A model generated the notes under the pieces. The model was not told the origin of the DNA, searched no databases, and saw only the letters and a program-made list of their open reading frames with translations. 64,000 nucleotides of DNA. Origin: Nitrospirota bacterium (GTDB taxonomy: Bacteria; JACPQY01). Below, piece after piece: positions 18,285 to 27,469 of the stretch; position 1 is the first letter of the stretch, and every line of letters starts with the position of its first letter. The position numbers and the translations under genes were made by a program. The stretch is taken from contig JACPAV010000033.1 in assembly GCA_016180645.1 (NCBI GenBank), positions 1-64,000 on the forward strand, in the 5' to 3' direction.

Positions 18285-19069
18285 GAAGACGCCGCCCGTT
18301 TCCACAAAGGCGCGCGCTTCTCCAGAAACGCCCGGAGCCCTTCCTGGCCCTCGGGGGAGACACGAATCTTCGCGATGGCGTCTGCGCAAAGGGGCAGGGC
18401 CTGATCCAAACCAAGGCCACTCTCGGCCCGGACCAGTTTCTTGATGTCGCGCACCGCCTGCGGACTGTTCTTCAACAGCAACTCGGTGAGGCGCCGGATC
18501 TCCCCGTCCAGATTCGCGGCATCGGTGACGTGATGAACCAGTCCTATGAACAGCGCGGCGTCGGCCGGCAGAATTTCACCCGTAAGGAAGAACCGCCGTG
18601 CGTTGCCCTCGCCAATCTTCCGGATAACGAAGGGGGAGACGACGGCGGGAATCAGGCCGACCTTCACTTCGGTAAATCCGAAGGTCGCTTCGGTGGAGGC
18701 CACCACGATGTCGCACACGGCGACCACTCCCGCCCCACCCCCGTAGGCGGCCCCTTGCACGCGTCCGATCACGGGGTGTGGGCACTCATTGATGATCCGG
18801 AACATTTGGGCTACGCGGCGCGCGTCCTCCCGGTTCTGCTCGAAGGAGTAGCCGGCGCATTCCTTCATCCAGTTCAGATCGGCCCCCGCGCAAAACACGT
18901 TCCCCTCCGAGCGGAGGACCACGACTCGAACGGTTTCGTCTTTCGCGATCTCCGTGAAGGCCCGCGCCAGATCGGTGATCAGCTCGGCGTTGAAGGCGTT
19001 CTTGACTTCCGGCCGGTTGAGGACCACCTCAACAACGTCACCCGTCCGCCTTCGCTCGATCCCGGCCAC
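18281..19069 (-). CDS. Enoyl-CoA hydratase (methylglutaconyl-CoA hydratase-like)
   Basis: LNRPEVKNAF, FCAGADLNWM, GGGAG, FTEVKVGLIPA; GTG 19069; next to HMG-CoA lyase. Confidence 0.9.
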   Translation of the reverse strand: MAGIERRRTGDVVEVVLNRPEVKNAFNAELITDLARAFTEIAKDETVRVVVLRSEGNVFCAGADLNWMKECAGYSFEQNREDARRVAQMFRIINECPHPVIGRVQGAAYGGGAGVVAVCDIVVASTEATFGFTEVKVGLIPAVVSPFVIRKIGEGNARRFFLTGEILPADAALFIGLVHHVTDAANLDGEIRRLTELLLKNSPQAVRDIKKLVRAESGLGLDQALPLCADAIAKIRVSPEGQEGLRAFLEKRAPLWKRAASS

Positions 19070-19080
19070 GGCCTGTCGAA

Positions 19081-20094
19081 CTACGCCCCGCGCTCTTTTC
19101 TTTCCCTGGCCAGCGACCGCGCCATCCGGTCCAGCTTGAAGATCGTGTTGAACTCGATGTTCTTGCTGATCCAGAGTTTTTTCGTGACCACCGAATCCGT
19201 GATGGCGCCTTTGTAGTTGAGGCCGTCCAGGAGAACCTTGAGGTCCTCGCAGGCCAACACGAAGTCCACCTTGGGGGTTTTGCCTTCTTTGACCTTGAAA
19301 TCGCCGTTGTTGATGATCATGGCGCACTGGCCCGACTTGGTCTTGACGGCGACGTTTCGTTTCCAACCTTCAATGGCCTTCCGGGCGCGTTTCGACTTGT
19401 TGAGCTCTTTGGCCAGCGACTCAAGCTCTTTGTAGGATTTCTTAAACGCGGCCGCCTCTTCCTTCGAGGCCTTGCCGTACTTCGGCTCAACCGGCGAAGC
19501 CCAATTCAGCTCGGATTCGACCACGCCCTTCTTCGAAGCGAGTTTGGGAGACAGTTCCGAAAGGGGCACGGCGAAGATGTCGCTGATTTCGCCGATCCGA
19601 TGGTCCTTGAAAATGATCTTCACCTCCGTCCCCTTCCTGATGAGCCCTGGCGTGAGAATTCCCGTGGTCGTGTAGAGCATGACGCTGAGGGCCGTGTCCG
19701 CCCCCTTGAGTACGACTCTCCCCCGGCCGAACGGGGCCTTGTCCAGGAAAAGGGAATTGGCGAAATACGTGACGGGAGGCGTACTGAGCATGACGCCCGT
19801 CTGTTCCACCTCAACCGACTCGGTGGGGGCGAAATTGCAGTCCGTGCAGTGCGTCACGAATGGGGGGCATCGCACGATCCCGCACTTCGTGCACTTGCAG
19901 GCGAGGATTGTTTTCTCATCCCGCATCGCGACGAAGAAGGGTGAGAACTCGCCGATGCTTCTCTCGTAGAAGGTGAACATGGCGTCGTTCATAACGAGGT
20001 ACTCTTTCCCACCGATCTTCTGAAATCGGCCTTCACGGTTCGGAATGAATCCGAACGGAATCACTTTTTCTTTTTTTTGCTCCTTTTTTCCCAT
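19081..20094 (-). CDS. DUF35 Zn-ribbon/OB-fold protein fused to a C-terminal SCP2-like domain
   Basis: CTKCG..PP..HCTDC; follows a thiolase-like gene; C-terminal alpha/beta segment resembles SCP2. Confidence 0.75.
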   Translation of the reverse strand: MGKKEQKKEKVIPFGFIPNREGRFQKIGGKEYLVMNDAMFTFYERSIGEFSPFFVAMRDEKTILACKCTKCGIVRCPPFVTHCTDCNFAPTESVEVEQTGVMLSTPPVTYFANSLFLDKAPFGRGRVVLKGADTALSVMLYTTTGILTPGLIRKGTEVKIIFKDHRIGEISDIFAVPLSELSPKLASKKGVVESELNWASPVEPKYGKASKEEAAAFKKSYKELESLAKELNKSKRARKAIEGWKRNVAVKTKSGQCAMIINNGDFKVKEGKTPKVDFVLACEDLKVLLDGLNYKGAITDSVVTKKLWISKNIEFNTIFKLDRMARSLARERKERGA

Positions 20095-20108
20095 CGTCGT
20101 TCCTCCGA

Positions 20109-21305
20109 CTACTCGTGTTCGAGAACCATGGCGACACCGTATTGGCAGATGGTGCTGCCCGTGCCGTGGACGAGACCGCCGCGATAGTTCTTCTTGATCA
20201 TCTCATTACGGCAGGCCCAGGCGGACATGATGTTGCTGGCCCCAACCGCGTGGCCGCAGTAGATCAAGCCGCCGCTCGGGTTCACCGAAAGCGGGCCGCC
20301 GGGCATCATGATTCCATCCTCCACGAGGGAGTCGGCCTTTCCGATGGGCACGAATCCCATCTCCGCCATGCTGATTTCGAGCTGATGCACGAAGGCATCG
20401 TGGAGTTCCACCACCTGGATCGACTTGAGGGGATTCTCGATGCCCGCCATCTTGTAGGCCATCTTGGCCGCGGCGTGGTGCGACATGATCCGGCCCCAGT
20501 TGTTCTGGTTCTTGCCCGCAAACGAGGTCTCATTGGCCTCGCCCATGCCCGTGATCCAGATGACGGGTTGCCCCGTGTTCTTCGAAATCGCCTTTGCCGT
20601 ATTCTCTTCCGCGAAAATGACGGCGGCGGCGCCTTCACTGTAGACGCAGATTTCGAGTTCCTTGAGAGGATACACGATGTAGCGCGAGTTCATCACTTCT
20701 TCAGGCGTGCACTGATCGAACTGGCGCTGCGCGAACGTATTGCCTTTGACCTGAAGGCTGAGCTGCGACGAGATTTTCGCGGTGATTTCGGGCTTGAGGT
20801 CGCCCGGATGCTGGTCCATGTAGGCGAGGATCACTTCGGAATAGCTGTCCGACGCGGTCCAGCCGATTTTCTGCTCGAAGAAACTGTCGCCCGACCAGCC
20901 GATGACCTTGATTACCTCCGGCGTGGAGGACATGGAGGTGAAATCGAAGCAGTCCGTGGCCTTCTCCACGCCGAGGACCATGACGCTGTCGTATCGGCCC
21001 GCGGCGACATACGCGTGGGCGGCCGACATCGCGTAGGCGCCCGTGGCGCCTCCGTTCGTCACCCGAAGTCCGGGCTTGTTCTGCATCCCGATGACGCCTT
21101 GAAGCGGATGCTCGGGGATGCACGTCCGCTCGAAGATGTCGTTGTAGATGCCGTAGACGACGGCGTCGACCTCCTTGGTGGTGATGGCCGCGTCCTTGAG
21201 GGCGTCCCGCACCGCCATCTGGGCGAGTTCGTAGTACGTCTTTTCGTACCACTTGCTTTTGAACGGCGTTACCGCCGCACCGACGATTCCGACTCTTCTT
21301 CCCAT
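20109..21305 (-). CDS. SCP-x-type thiolase-fold protein lacking the nucleophilic Cys
   Basis: VTNGGATG in place of VENxCASG, ELHDAF, VNPSGGL..GHAVGA. Confidence 0.85.
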   Translation of the reverse strand: MGRRVGIVGAAVTPFKSKWYEKTYYELAQMAVRDALKDAAITTKEVDAVVYGIYNDIFERTCIPEHPLQGVIGMQNKPGLRVTNGGATGAYAMSAAHAYVAAGRYDSVMVLGVEKATDCFDFTSMSSTPEVIKVIGWSGDSFFEQKIGWTASDSYSEVILAYMDQHPGDLKPEITAKISSQLSLQVKGNTFAQRQFDQCTPEEVMNSRYIVYPLKELEICVYSEGAAAVIFAEENTAKAISKNTGQPVIWITGMGEANETSFAGKNQNNWGRIMSHHAAAKMAYKMAGIENPLKSIQVVELHDAFVHQLEISMAEMGFVPIGKADSLVEDGIMMPGGPLSVNPSGGLIYCGHAVGASNIMSAWACRNEMIKKNYRGGLVHGTGSTICQYGVAMVLEHE

Positions 21306-21456
21306 CTCGCCTCCTTCGTTTGGGCGGCATCCTATCGGCGGCGTCCCACCGGGTCAAGCCAGGCTTCGGAATCTTCCATGGATGCTTGTAGAGTGGGCTT
21401 GTCATGGAGCGGCGTATGATGCCATCATTGCCTGAATCGGAGAAAGGAGACCAAGG

Positions 21457-22530
21457 ATGAACAATCCCCATCGTATTCGACGGGCGCTCTTCGGAACCCT
21501 GCTCGTCGCTTTACCATTGCACTCAATGACGGCCGAGGCAAAAGCGGAGGAGTACCCGAAAGCCAAGCTCGTCGCAAAAGGATTCATGGGGTATGGCCAT
21601 GATTTCACCGATGGGGCGATGGACAAGAACGAGTTCGAGATCACACGGATGTATTTGGGCGCAAAGTTCGATTTTTCCGAAAATATGCGGGCCGCCATCA
21701 TCCCTGATCTGGCGCCTTGGCGGGTTCCCGGCGTGACCGTCAAGGATGACGGCACACCCTTCTCCGCTACGGAGGACAAGGTGCGGGGCGATTTCAGTCC
21801 AACCCTCAAGGCCGCATACCTTGAATATGGCAATCTCCTGAACGTCATGGACACGCCCGTCATCAAGGCCGTCCGGTTCGGTCAGGCGGATCTGTGGATT
21901 CCGTTCGCCGAGGGGGCCTGGAAATATCGGTTCGTTCAGAAGATCATCCTCGACCAGGAAGGCAAGATGTTGTCGACCGACCTCGGTTTGTTTCTGGAAG
22001 GAGACATGCCCTCGAAGTTCGGAGGATACCATCTCGCGGTGGTGAACGGCGAAGGATGGCATGCCCCCGAGGCCAACAAGTTCAAACACGTCTATGCTCG
22101 GTTTACGCTGGTCCCCGCCCCCTGGATTGATCTCCTTGCCAAGTTGAGCTTGAGCGGAATGCTGTTCGTAGGCGACAAGGAGAAGGACAAGGAGGTCAAC
22201 CGCTTTGCGGGCCTCATCAGCTACGCCTACGCCCCCGTCAGTGTGGGGTTCGAGCCTGCATGGACGAGCGACGCCGGCACGAAGGGCTTTGGCTGGAGCG
22301 CCTTCGGCGAGGTTGCCTTACCGGCGGACCTCTCCGTATTCGGACGCTTCCAAAGTTGGGATGCCGACACGGAGAAAGACCGTGATGCCTACAGCCGGAT
22401 CGTGGCCGGCGTGGCGCACAGGTACAACGCTTATGTGAGGACGGCCCTCGACTACCAAGGGCGCATTTTCCAGGACGATGGCAAGAAGACCGAGCATGGA
22501 CTGTTTGTCCATACCGAGCTCGTATATTAG
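21457..22530 (+). CDS. Outer-membrane beta-barrel / porin-like protein
   Basis: RBS AGGAG, signal peptide, FEITRMY, LKAAYLEY, alternating beta strands, C-terminal aromatic residue. Confidence 0.75.
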   Translation: MNNPHRIRRALFGTLLVALPLHSMTAEAKAEEYPKAKLVAKGFMGYGHDFTDGAMDKNEFEITRMYLGAKFDFSENMRAAIIPDLAPWRVPGVTVKDDGTPFSATEDKVRGDFSPTLKAAYLEYGNLLNVMDTPVIKAVRFGQADLWIPFAEGAWKYRFVQKIILDQEGKMLSTDLGLFLEGDMPSKFGGYHLAVVNGEGWHAPEANKFKHVYARFTLVPAPWIDLLAKLSLSGMLFVGDKEKDKEVNRFAGLISYAYAPVSVGFEPAWTSDAGTKGFGWSAFGEVALPADLSVFGRFQSWDADTEKDRDAYSRIVAGVAHRYNAYVRTALDYQGRIFQDDGKKTEHGLFVHTELVY

Positions 22531-22631
22531 GAGCGTCTAACAGACTGCGTAGGGGAGGGTCTTCAGACCCTCCCGACAAGAGACAGCATCTGAAGATGCT
22601 CCCCTACGAATCGGCATTCTGTTAGAGGCTC
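22531..22631 (+). mobile_element. REP-containing MITE-like element, copy 2
   Basis: GAGCGTCTAACAGACTGC-GTAG..CTAC-GAATCGGCATTCTGTTAGAGGCTC; starts right after the porin stop. Confidence 0.88.
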
Positions 22632-22678
22632 TGGGGCAACTCCGTGCTTCGATCGCATGGGGAAGCCGATCGCGGAGC

Positions 22679-23851
22679 TCAGTGTGCGGTGGACGCGCAG
22701 AAGGCTTCGTAGTCGATCAGCTTGTGGATGCTGGCTTCAGGCCCGCAAACGGGGCACTTGGAATCCCGGTGCAGCTTGACGGTCCGGAACGACATTTTCT
22801 TTGCATCGTAGAGGAGCAGCCGGTTCTTGAGCGGTTCCCCGATGTTGAGAAGAACTTTCAGGGCCTCGGTCGCCTGGATTGTCCCGATCACGCCCGGTAG
22901 GACGCCGAGCACGCCTGCCTCGGCGCAATTCGGCGCGAGATCGGGCGGCGGCGGCGCCGGATAGAGGCAGCGATAGCACGGCGTGTCGAACGGAACGAAC
23001 ACGGAGGCCTGCCCCACAAAACGCTCGATCGCGCCGTAGATCACCGGCTTCCTCAGCAGCACACAGGCGTCGTTCACCAGGTATCGGGTGGGAAAATTGT
23101 CGCTCCCGTCCACCACCAGGTCGTAGTCCTTGAAAATCTCCATGGTGTTCTCGCTGGAGAGCCGCTCCTGATAACCCACGACTTTCACATCCGGGTTGAG
23201 GGCGACCAAAGTCTCTTTGGCGGACTGGACCTTCGGTCGTCCCGCGTCGAACGTTGAGTGGAGGATTTGCCGCTGGAGATTGGATTCATCCACCACGTCG
23301 AAGTCGATGATCCCCAGTGTGCCCACACCTGCGGCCGCTAGGTAGTACGCCGCCGGGCAACCCAGACCACCCGCGCCGATCAGGAGAACTTTGCTCTTGA
23401 GAAGCTTCTTCTGCCCGGCCTCGCCGATCTCGGGGAGCTTGATGTGCCGGTCGTAGCGGCTGAAGAACTTGTCCTGATTGCCGTTGGTCTCCGTCATTTC
23501 GAAGGGGAATCCCGAACGTTTCCAGAGTCCGAACCCCCCGGACATGGAAAGTACATTCGTGTATCCGAGGTCCTGCATCGCCTTGGCCGCCATGGCGGAC
23601 CGCACACCGCCCTGGCAGTAAACGATCACCGGACTCTCCTTGTCCGGGATGGCATCCTCGACCTTGATCTCCAGGAAACCGCGGGGGATGAACAGGGCCC
23701 CTTTCACATGACCCGCGTCGAATTCATCCTTCTCGCGAACGTCGAGCAAATGGACAGGCGTTCCCTCTCCAAGCTGCCGGTTCACCTGGGCAGGAGGGAC
23801 CTCGCGAATGGAGGCCCGAACCTGTCTCATCAAGTCTTCAAACTTGGACAT
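22679..23851 (-). CDS. moeB: Rhodanese + ThiF/MoeB adenylyltransferase (MoeZ-like)
   Basis: N-terminal LDVRE..YCQGGVRS; RYDRH, GAGGLG, SNLQRQ, CYRC and CPVC. Confidence 0.92.
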   Translation of the reverse strand: MSKFEDLMRQVRASIREVPPAQVNRQLGEGTPVHLLDVREKDEFDAGHVKGALFIPRGFLEIKVEDAIPDKESPVIVYCQGGVRSAMAAKAMQDLGYTNVLSMSGGFGLWKRSGFPFEMTETNGNQDKFFSRYDRHIKLPEIGEAGQKKLLKSKVLLIGAGGLGCPAAYYLAAAGVGTLGIIDFDVVDESNLQRQILHSTFDAGRPKVQSAKETLVALNPDVKVVGYQERLSSENTMEIFKDYDLVVDGSDNFPTRYLVNDACVLLRKPVIYGAIERFVGQASVFVPFDTPCYRCLYPAPPPPDLAPNCAEAGVLGVLPGVIGTIQATEALKVLLNIGEPLKNRLLLYDAKKMSFRTVKLHRDSKCPVCGPEASIHKLIDYEAFCASTAH

Positions 23852-23894
23852 AACAAGAAAATATCACAAAGGAGGCTGGAGAGGAATCCCGGCA

Positions 23895-23986
23895 GGCGCG
23901 GCACACCGCGCCCCTACGAAGCATCCCGTAGGGGAGCAGCTTTAGCTGCTCCCTCTTCTTGGGAGGACCTGAAGGTCCTCCCCTAC
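23895..23986. repeat. Intergenic cluster of three REP hairpins
   Basis: GGCGCGGCACACCGCGCCCCTAC; GTAGGGGAGCAGCTTTAGCTGCTCCC; GGGAGGACCTGAAGGTCCTCCCCTAC. Confidence 0.88.
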
Positions 23987-24237
23987 GACCGGAAGATCTT
24001 TTCGATCTTTTCCCGGCACTCGGCCGGGATGCCCTTCGACTGCTCCAGGATCCGCGCTTTGTCGACGGCCTTGTGGGTGACGCGGAGGCTCTCGATCCAT
24101 CGTTCGCAGGGGGGGCACTTCTTGAGGTGCAGCCGGACTCGGAATCGGCGCAGGAACGACATGCGGCCTTCGAGATAGTCGCTGATCTGTTGCGCCGTTT
24201 CCTTGCAGGTTCCCGCAAGGACTGAAGGCATGATCAT
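23983..24237 (-). CDS. zf-HC2 anti-sigma factor
   Basis: C..ISDYLEG..HLKKCPPC; overlaps the ECF sigma stop. Confidence 0.85.
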   Translation of the reverse strand: MIMPSVLAGTCKETAQQISDYLEGRMSFLRRFRVRLHLKKCPPCERWIESLRVTHKAVDKARILEQSKGIPAECREKIEKIFRS

Positions 24238-24794
24238 GTCCCTTCTCCTTTTGCCCAGGCCACCAATCGGTCTCGGAGGTGCAGTCGGGCTCTGTGGAGC
24301 AAAACCCTGAGATGAGTGTTGGTGATGCCGAGGGCGTTACAGATCTCCTCCGGATCCCACTCTTCGATGTATCGGAGGTGAAACGCGCTTCGCTGGAGGG
24401 GCGGTAACCGGTCGATCTGGGCGCGCACTTCGTCGGCGGATTCTTTCCGGAGTAGGATCTCCTCGGCGTTCCCGGCGTCCATCGGCGCGGAAGTGACGGG
24501 ATGCCCGTCCGCGCTGAACTGGTCGTCGGGTGGGTAAGGCTCCTCGCCGATCGGTTCTTCACGCCACCCCTCGCGCCGCATCTCCCGGATGACGTTGTGG
24601 AGTATCCCGAACAGCCACGTTCGAACTTTGGATTGGCCCGCGAACTTCTCCGCGTTTTCGAGGCAACGGAGGGCGGTCCGGGCGACGGCTTCCTCGGAAT
24701 CCTGGGGTGACCCGGTCATGCGGAGCGCGTAGCGATACAGCGCAGGGGCTTCCGCCAGGAAAATTTGGCCGATTTCTTCGCGGGTCAGGGGCAT
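24234..24794 (-). CDS. ECF sigma-70 factor
   Basis: LYRYALRMTG, VRTWLFGILHN, LP..QRSAF.LR..EIC..LGIT..LHRAR. Confidence 0.9.
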   Translation of the reverse strand: MPLTREEIGQIFLAEAPALYRYALRMTGSPQDSEEAVARTALRCLENAEKFAGQSKVRTWLFGILHNVIREMRREGWREEPIGEEPYPPDDQFSADGHPVTSAPMDAGNAEEILLRKESADEVRAQIDRLPPLQRSAFHLRYIEEWDPEEICNALGITNTHLRVLLHRARLHLRDRLVAWAKGEGT

Positions 24795-24798
24795 GGTC

Positions 24799-25215
24799 CT
24801 ACTCCCAATCGGAGAGGGTTACGGGCGCTCGCCCCGCCTTCTTTTCGGACTGCGCATGCTTGTCCCTCAGCACCTTCTCCTTGGCTCGCCGGGATCGGCG
24901 CCTCTTCTGCCGGCGCATTTTCGCGACGCGGCGTTGCTCCTCCGACTTCCGCCCAAGAATACGATTCTCGATCTTGTCGGCCAGCAGACGCCGGGCGAGA
25001 AACCGGTTGAGGGCCTGCGATCTCTCCTGCTGGCATCGCACGGTGATGCCGGTCGGCTGGTGCCGCAGGACCACGCACGTGGCCGAACGGTTGACGTGCT
25101 GGCCGCCGGGTCCGGAGGAGGGGACGAAGCTCTCGCTCAGGTCTTCTTCAAAGATTCCCAACCGGGCCATACGCTCCGCAAGGGCCTTCTCTTTGGATTG
25201 ACCGACGGGGAACAT
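24799..25215 (-). CDS. Class I release-factor-like peptidyl-tRNA hydrolase (ArfB-like)
   Basis: SSGPGGQHVN, RSQALNR, basic C-terminal tail. Confidence 0.88.
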   Translation of the reverse strand: MFPVGQSKEKALAERMARLGIFEEDLSESFVPSSGPGGQHVNRSATCVVLRHQPTGITVRCQQERSQALNRFLARRLLADKIENRILGRKSEEQRRVAKMRRQKRRRSRRAKEKVLRDKHAQSEKKAGRAPVTLSDWE

Positions 25216-25218
25216 CAA

Positions 25219-25316
25219 GAGCCTCTAACAGAATGCCGATTCGTAGGGGAGCATCTTCAGATGCTCCCTCTTGTCGGGAGGGTCTGAAGACCCTCCCCTA
25301 CGCATTCTGTTAGACG
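25219..25316 (-). mobile_element. REP-containing MITE-like element, copy 3
   Basis: Reverse-complement copy, near-identical to 36211-36307. Confidence 0.88.
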
Positions 25317-25337
25317 GGGTCCGGCCTCCGAGAGGAA

Positions 25338-26846
25338 TCAGATCGCGGGGGAGAGGACCGCCTCGGGCTGTGAATTCCGCTGCCTGATATCCCTCGTCAG
25401 CGATCCGCCTTCCACCATGCCCCGAGGAAATTTCTGGAAAACGAGGCAGAGGATGTCCGAAAGAGTCCGGCGCTCTTGAGGCGGCAGGCCGGCGCCCTCC
25501 TTCGCCGCCTTGGCTTGCCAATCCGCCATGTTGTTCGCCTGGCCGTCCTGGCCCAGCCACCACAGAGCCACCTCGAGGAAAAGGGCGGCCACGGGACAGT
25601 GGTAGAGTTTCCACAGTCCGAACCACTGTCTGACGGCATTCTCCGGACGCCCCTCAATGGCGTCCAAAAGAGGGAGCATGGATCGGCGGACAGGTTCGTG
25701 GGTGGGACTGCACTCCGCCGCGAACAAGCCTCGGGCTTGGGACAGTTTCTCGTCGAAATTCCGTTTCAGTGAGCCATCCCGGGCGTCGGCGGTCTGGAGG
25801 GCCATGTTCAGGAGGGAGCGCCCGAGAAGGAATCGCGCATCACGAGGGTGGAGAGGGGGCTCCGCGGATGGATCCATGGCGCGGGTGACGAGAGATGCAA
25901 GTTGAAGGCCGCGGACCGGCAATGTGTGGCGTTCCTGGATGCTCTGCCAGCCGGCCAGAGCGATCGAGAGGCGTTGCTCATCGTGCTCCAGAAAGTAACG
26001 GATTTGGTCGAGCGCATCCTCCACGTCGTTGCACCGATAGAAGGCGAAATGCTCGCCCTCCCGGAACAATTGGAGCAAGTCGGAGGCGGGAGAATCAGCC
26101 AGGTGCATGGCGCCGTGGCCCATCGCGTCGAACACGCGCCCATTCAATCCCACGGCGTGAGGTTGAGGATGGAGCGGGTCCGGGACATAGGCCCATGCGG
26201 GACGGGTTGTGAAGTTGATCACGATTTTTGCCTGTGAGTAGATACTGCCGACCGGTCCCTCGTGCCGGCCCAGCAGAACGCGATACCGGTTCTTGAGGCG
26301 CTCGGCCAATCTCTGCATGAAGTCCACGCGGTGGGGCATGGCGAGCGGATTCATCGAGCCGATGAAGGCGACATCGATGGGACGCCTGGAATAGGGGGGG
26401 TGATGGCGGACCTCCTCCGCCGTGCCGTGGAAACAGGGCGGGCACCAGAGGATCGAATTGGGGTTGTTTCTCCAGAAGTAGGGCGCTGCGCTGTGGACCT
26501 CGAGAACCGTGGTGTGGAACAGCGGAGCGAGTTCAGCTTGCCAGGTGAAGGCGTAGTGGGAATCGATGAAATGGCCGATGCTGCGGCTCGGAAGCGCCTC
26601 CCAACCTTCGTAATCTCCCGCGAGGCTCGGATTCCAGAAGTAGTACAGATCAGGATCGAGACCGGATTCGGCGACCCGACGCAGAAGTTCCGGGAGGCGG
26701 AGTCTGTCCTGTCCAGCCCGGAGGAACTCTTCCGCATATCGAAGATCGAAATGAGCTTCCAAGCCCATCAAGAGCGGCGCGCCTTCGCCACCCCTGCCCC
26801 CGATCCAGAGAATGCGGGGCTTTGGACGAGACTCGGGTTCAGTCAT
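25338..26846 (-). CDS. Glycosyltransferase (CgeB / Glyco_trans_1_2-like)
   Basis: DVAFIGS, YSQAKIVIN, RVFDAMGHG, LFREGEHF, EQRLSIALAG..HT. Confidence 0.75.
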   Translation of the reverse strand: MTEPESRPKPRILWIGGRGGEGAPLLMGLEAHFDLRYAEEFLRAGQDRLRLPELLRRVAESGLDPDLYYFWNPSLAGDYEGWEALPSRSIGHFIDSHYAFTWQAELAPLFHTTVLEVHSAAPYFWRNNPNSILWCPPCFHGTAEEVRHHPPYSRRPIDVAFIGSMNPLAMPHRVDFMQRLAERLKNRYRVLLGRHEGPVGSIYSQAKIVINFTTRPAWAYVPDPLHPQPHAVGLNGRVFDAMGHGAMHLADSPASDLLQLFREGEHFAFYRCNDVEDALDQIRYFLEHDEQRLSIALAGWQSIQERHTLPVRGLQLASLVTRAMDPSAEPPLHPRDARFLLGRSLLNMALQTADARDGSLKRNFDEKLSQARGLFAAECSPTHEPVRRSMLPLLDAIEGRPENAVRQWFGLWKLYHCPVAALFLEVALWWLGQDGQANNMADWQAKAAKEGAGLPPQERRTLSDILCLVFQKFPRGMVEGGSLTRDIRQRNSQPEAVLSPAI

Positions 26847-26925
26847 CGGACGCGTGGAAGAAAGTTGCGCGCGGGAGCGGTCATATTACACACCAGTATT
26901 CGAAATCGGCTGGATGGGGTGGATC

Positions 26926-26952
26926 TTGACAGATTAGATCGATTGCTATAAT
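26926..26952 (+). promoter_or_regulatory. sigma70-type promoter of the MerR-reductase-transporter operon
   Basis: TTGACA 26926-26931; TGC-TATAAT 26944-26952 (extended -10, 15-nt spacer); TAGATC repeated at 26935 and 26958. Confidence 0.65.
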
Positions 26953-26963
26953 AATTCTAGATC

Positions 26964-27461
26964 ATGATGATTTTAGAATCAGAATCAGTACTTACAATAG
27001 GCACAGTTGCCTCGAAAGTGGGGGTCAGCACCCATGCGGTTCGGCTCTACGAAAAGGAGGGACTCCTGCGCCCCAAGAAGACACCAAAGGGGCAGCGGGT
27101 CTACGCCGGTTCGGACGTCGATCTCTTGATGGCCACTCGACGTCTGCTGGCGACGGGGCTCAACTTTGCGGGCATTCGCCGACTCTACGCGACGCTGCCC
27201 TGCCATCTCTACAAACCTTGCTGCATTCCGCGACTCGGCCACTGCACCATTCAAGATCGGCCGGGCGAGCCCTGTTGGAGTATCCCCGATTCTTGGTGTA
27301 GATTGACTCACCAAGACTGCCAATCGTGCAAGGTATATTTTCTGGCCGCACGGATCGACACGGTGCGCGAGACGTGGGGCCAGTCTCAGATTCAGCCGAG
27401 GCCCGCGGTGTTCACACCCCGGGAAGGAAACGGCGCCCCGGCCGCGGTTGAAGGGAGTTGA
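26964..27461 (+). CDS. MerR-family regulator with Cys-rich C-terminal domain
   Basis: TIGTVASKVGVS..VRLYEKEGLL.P..T..GQRVY; eight Cys in the C-terminal half. Confidence 0.88.
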   Translation: MMILESESVLTIGTVASKVGVSTHAVRLYEKEGLLRPKKTPKGQRVYAGSDVDLLMATRRLLATGLNFAGIRRLYATLPCHLYKPCCIPRLGHCTIQDRPGEPCWSIPDSWCRLTHQDCQSCKVYFLAARIDTVRETWGQSQIQPRPAVFTPREGNGAPAAVEGS

Positions 27462-27469
27462 AGCGAACG

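Noticed and set aside
18115-18420. Long N-terminal extension of HMG-CoA lyase in the ORF track
   Set aside because: Made of REP sequence and overlaps the upstream gene; ATG 18114 fits the family length
22238-22579. Recurring short ORFs reading GGSEDPPLR or REGLKTLPY
   Set aside because: Translations of the MITE/REP repeat, not a gene family
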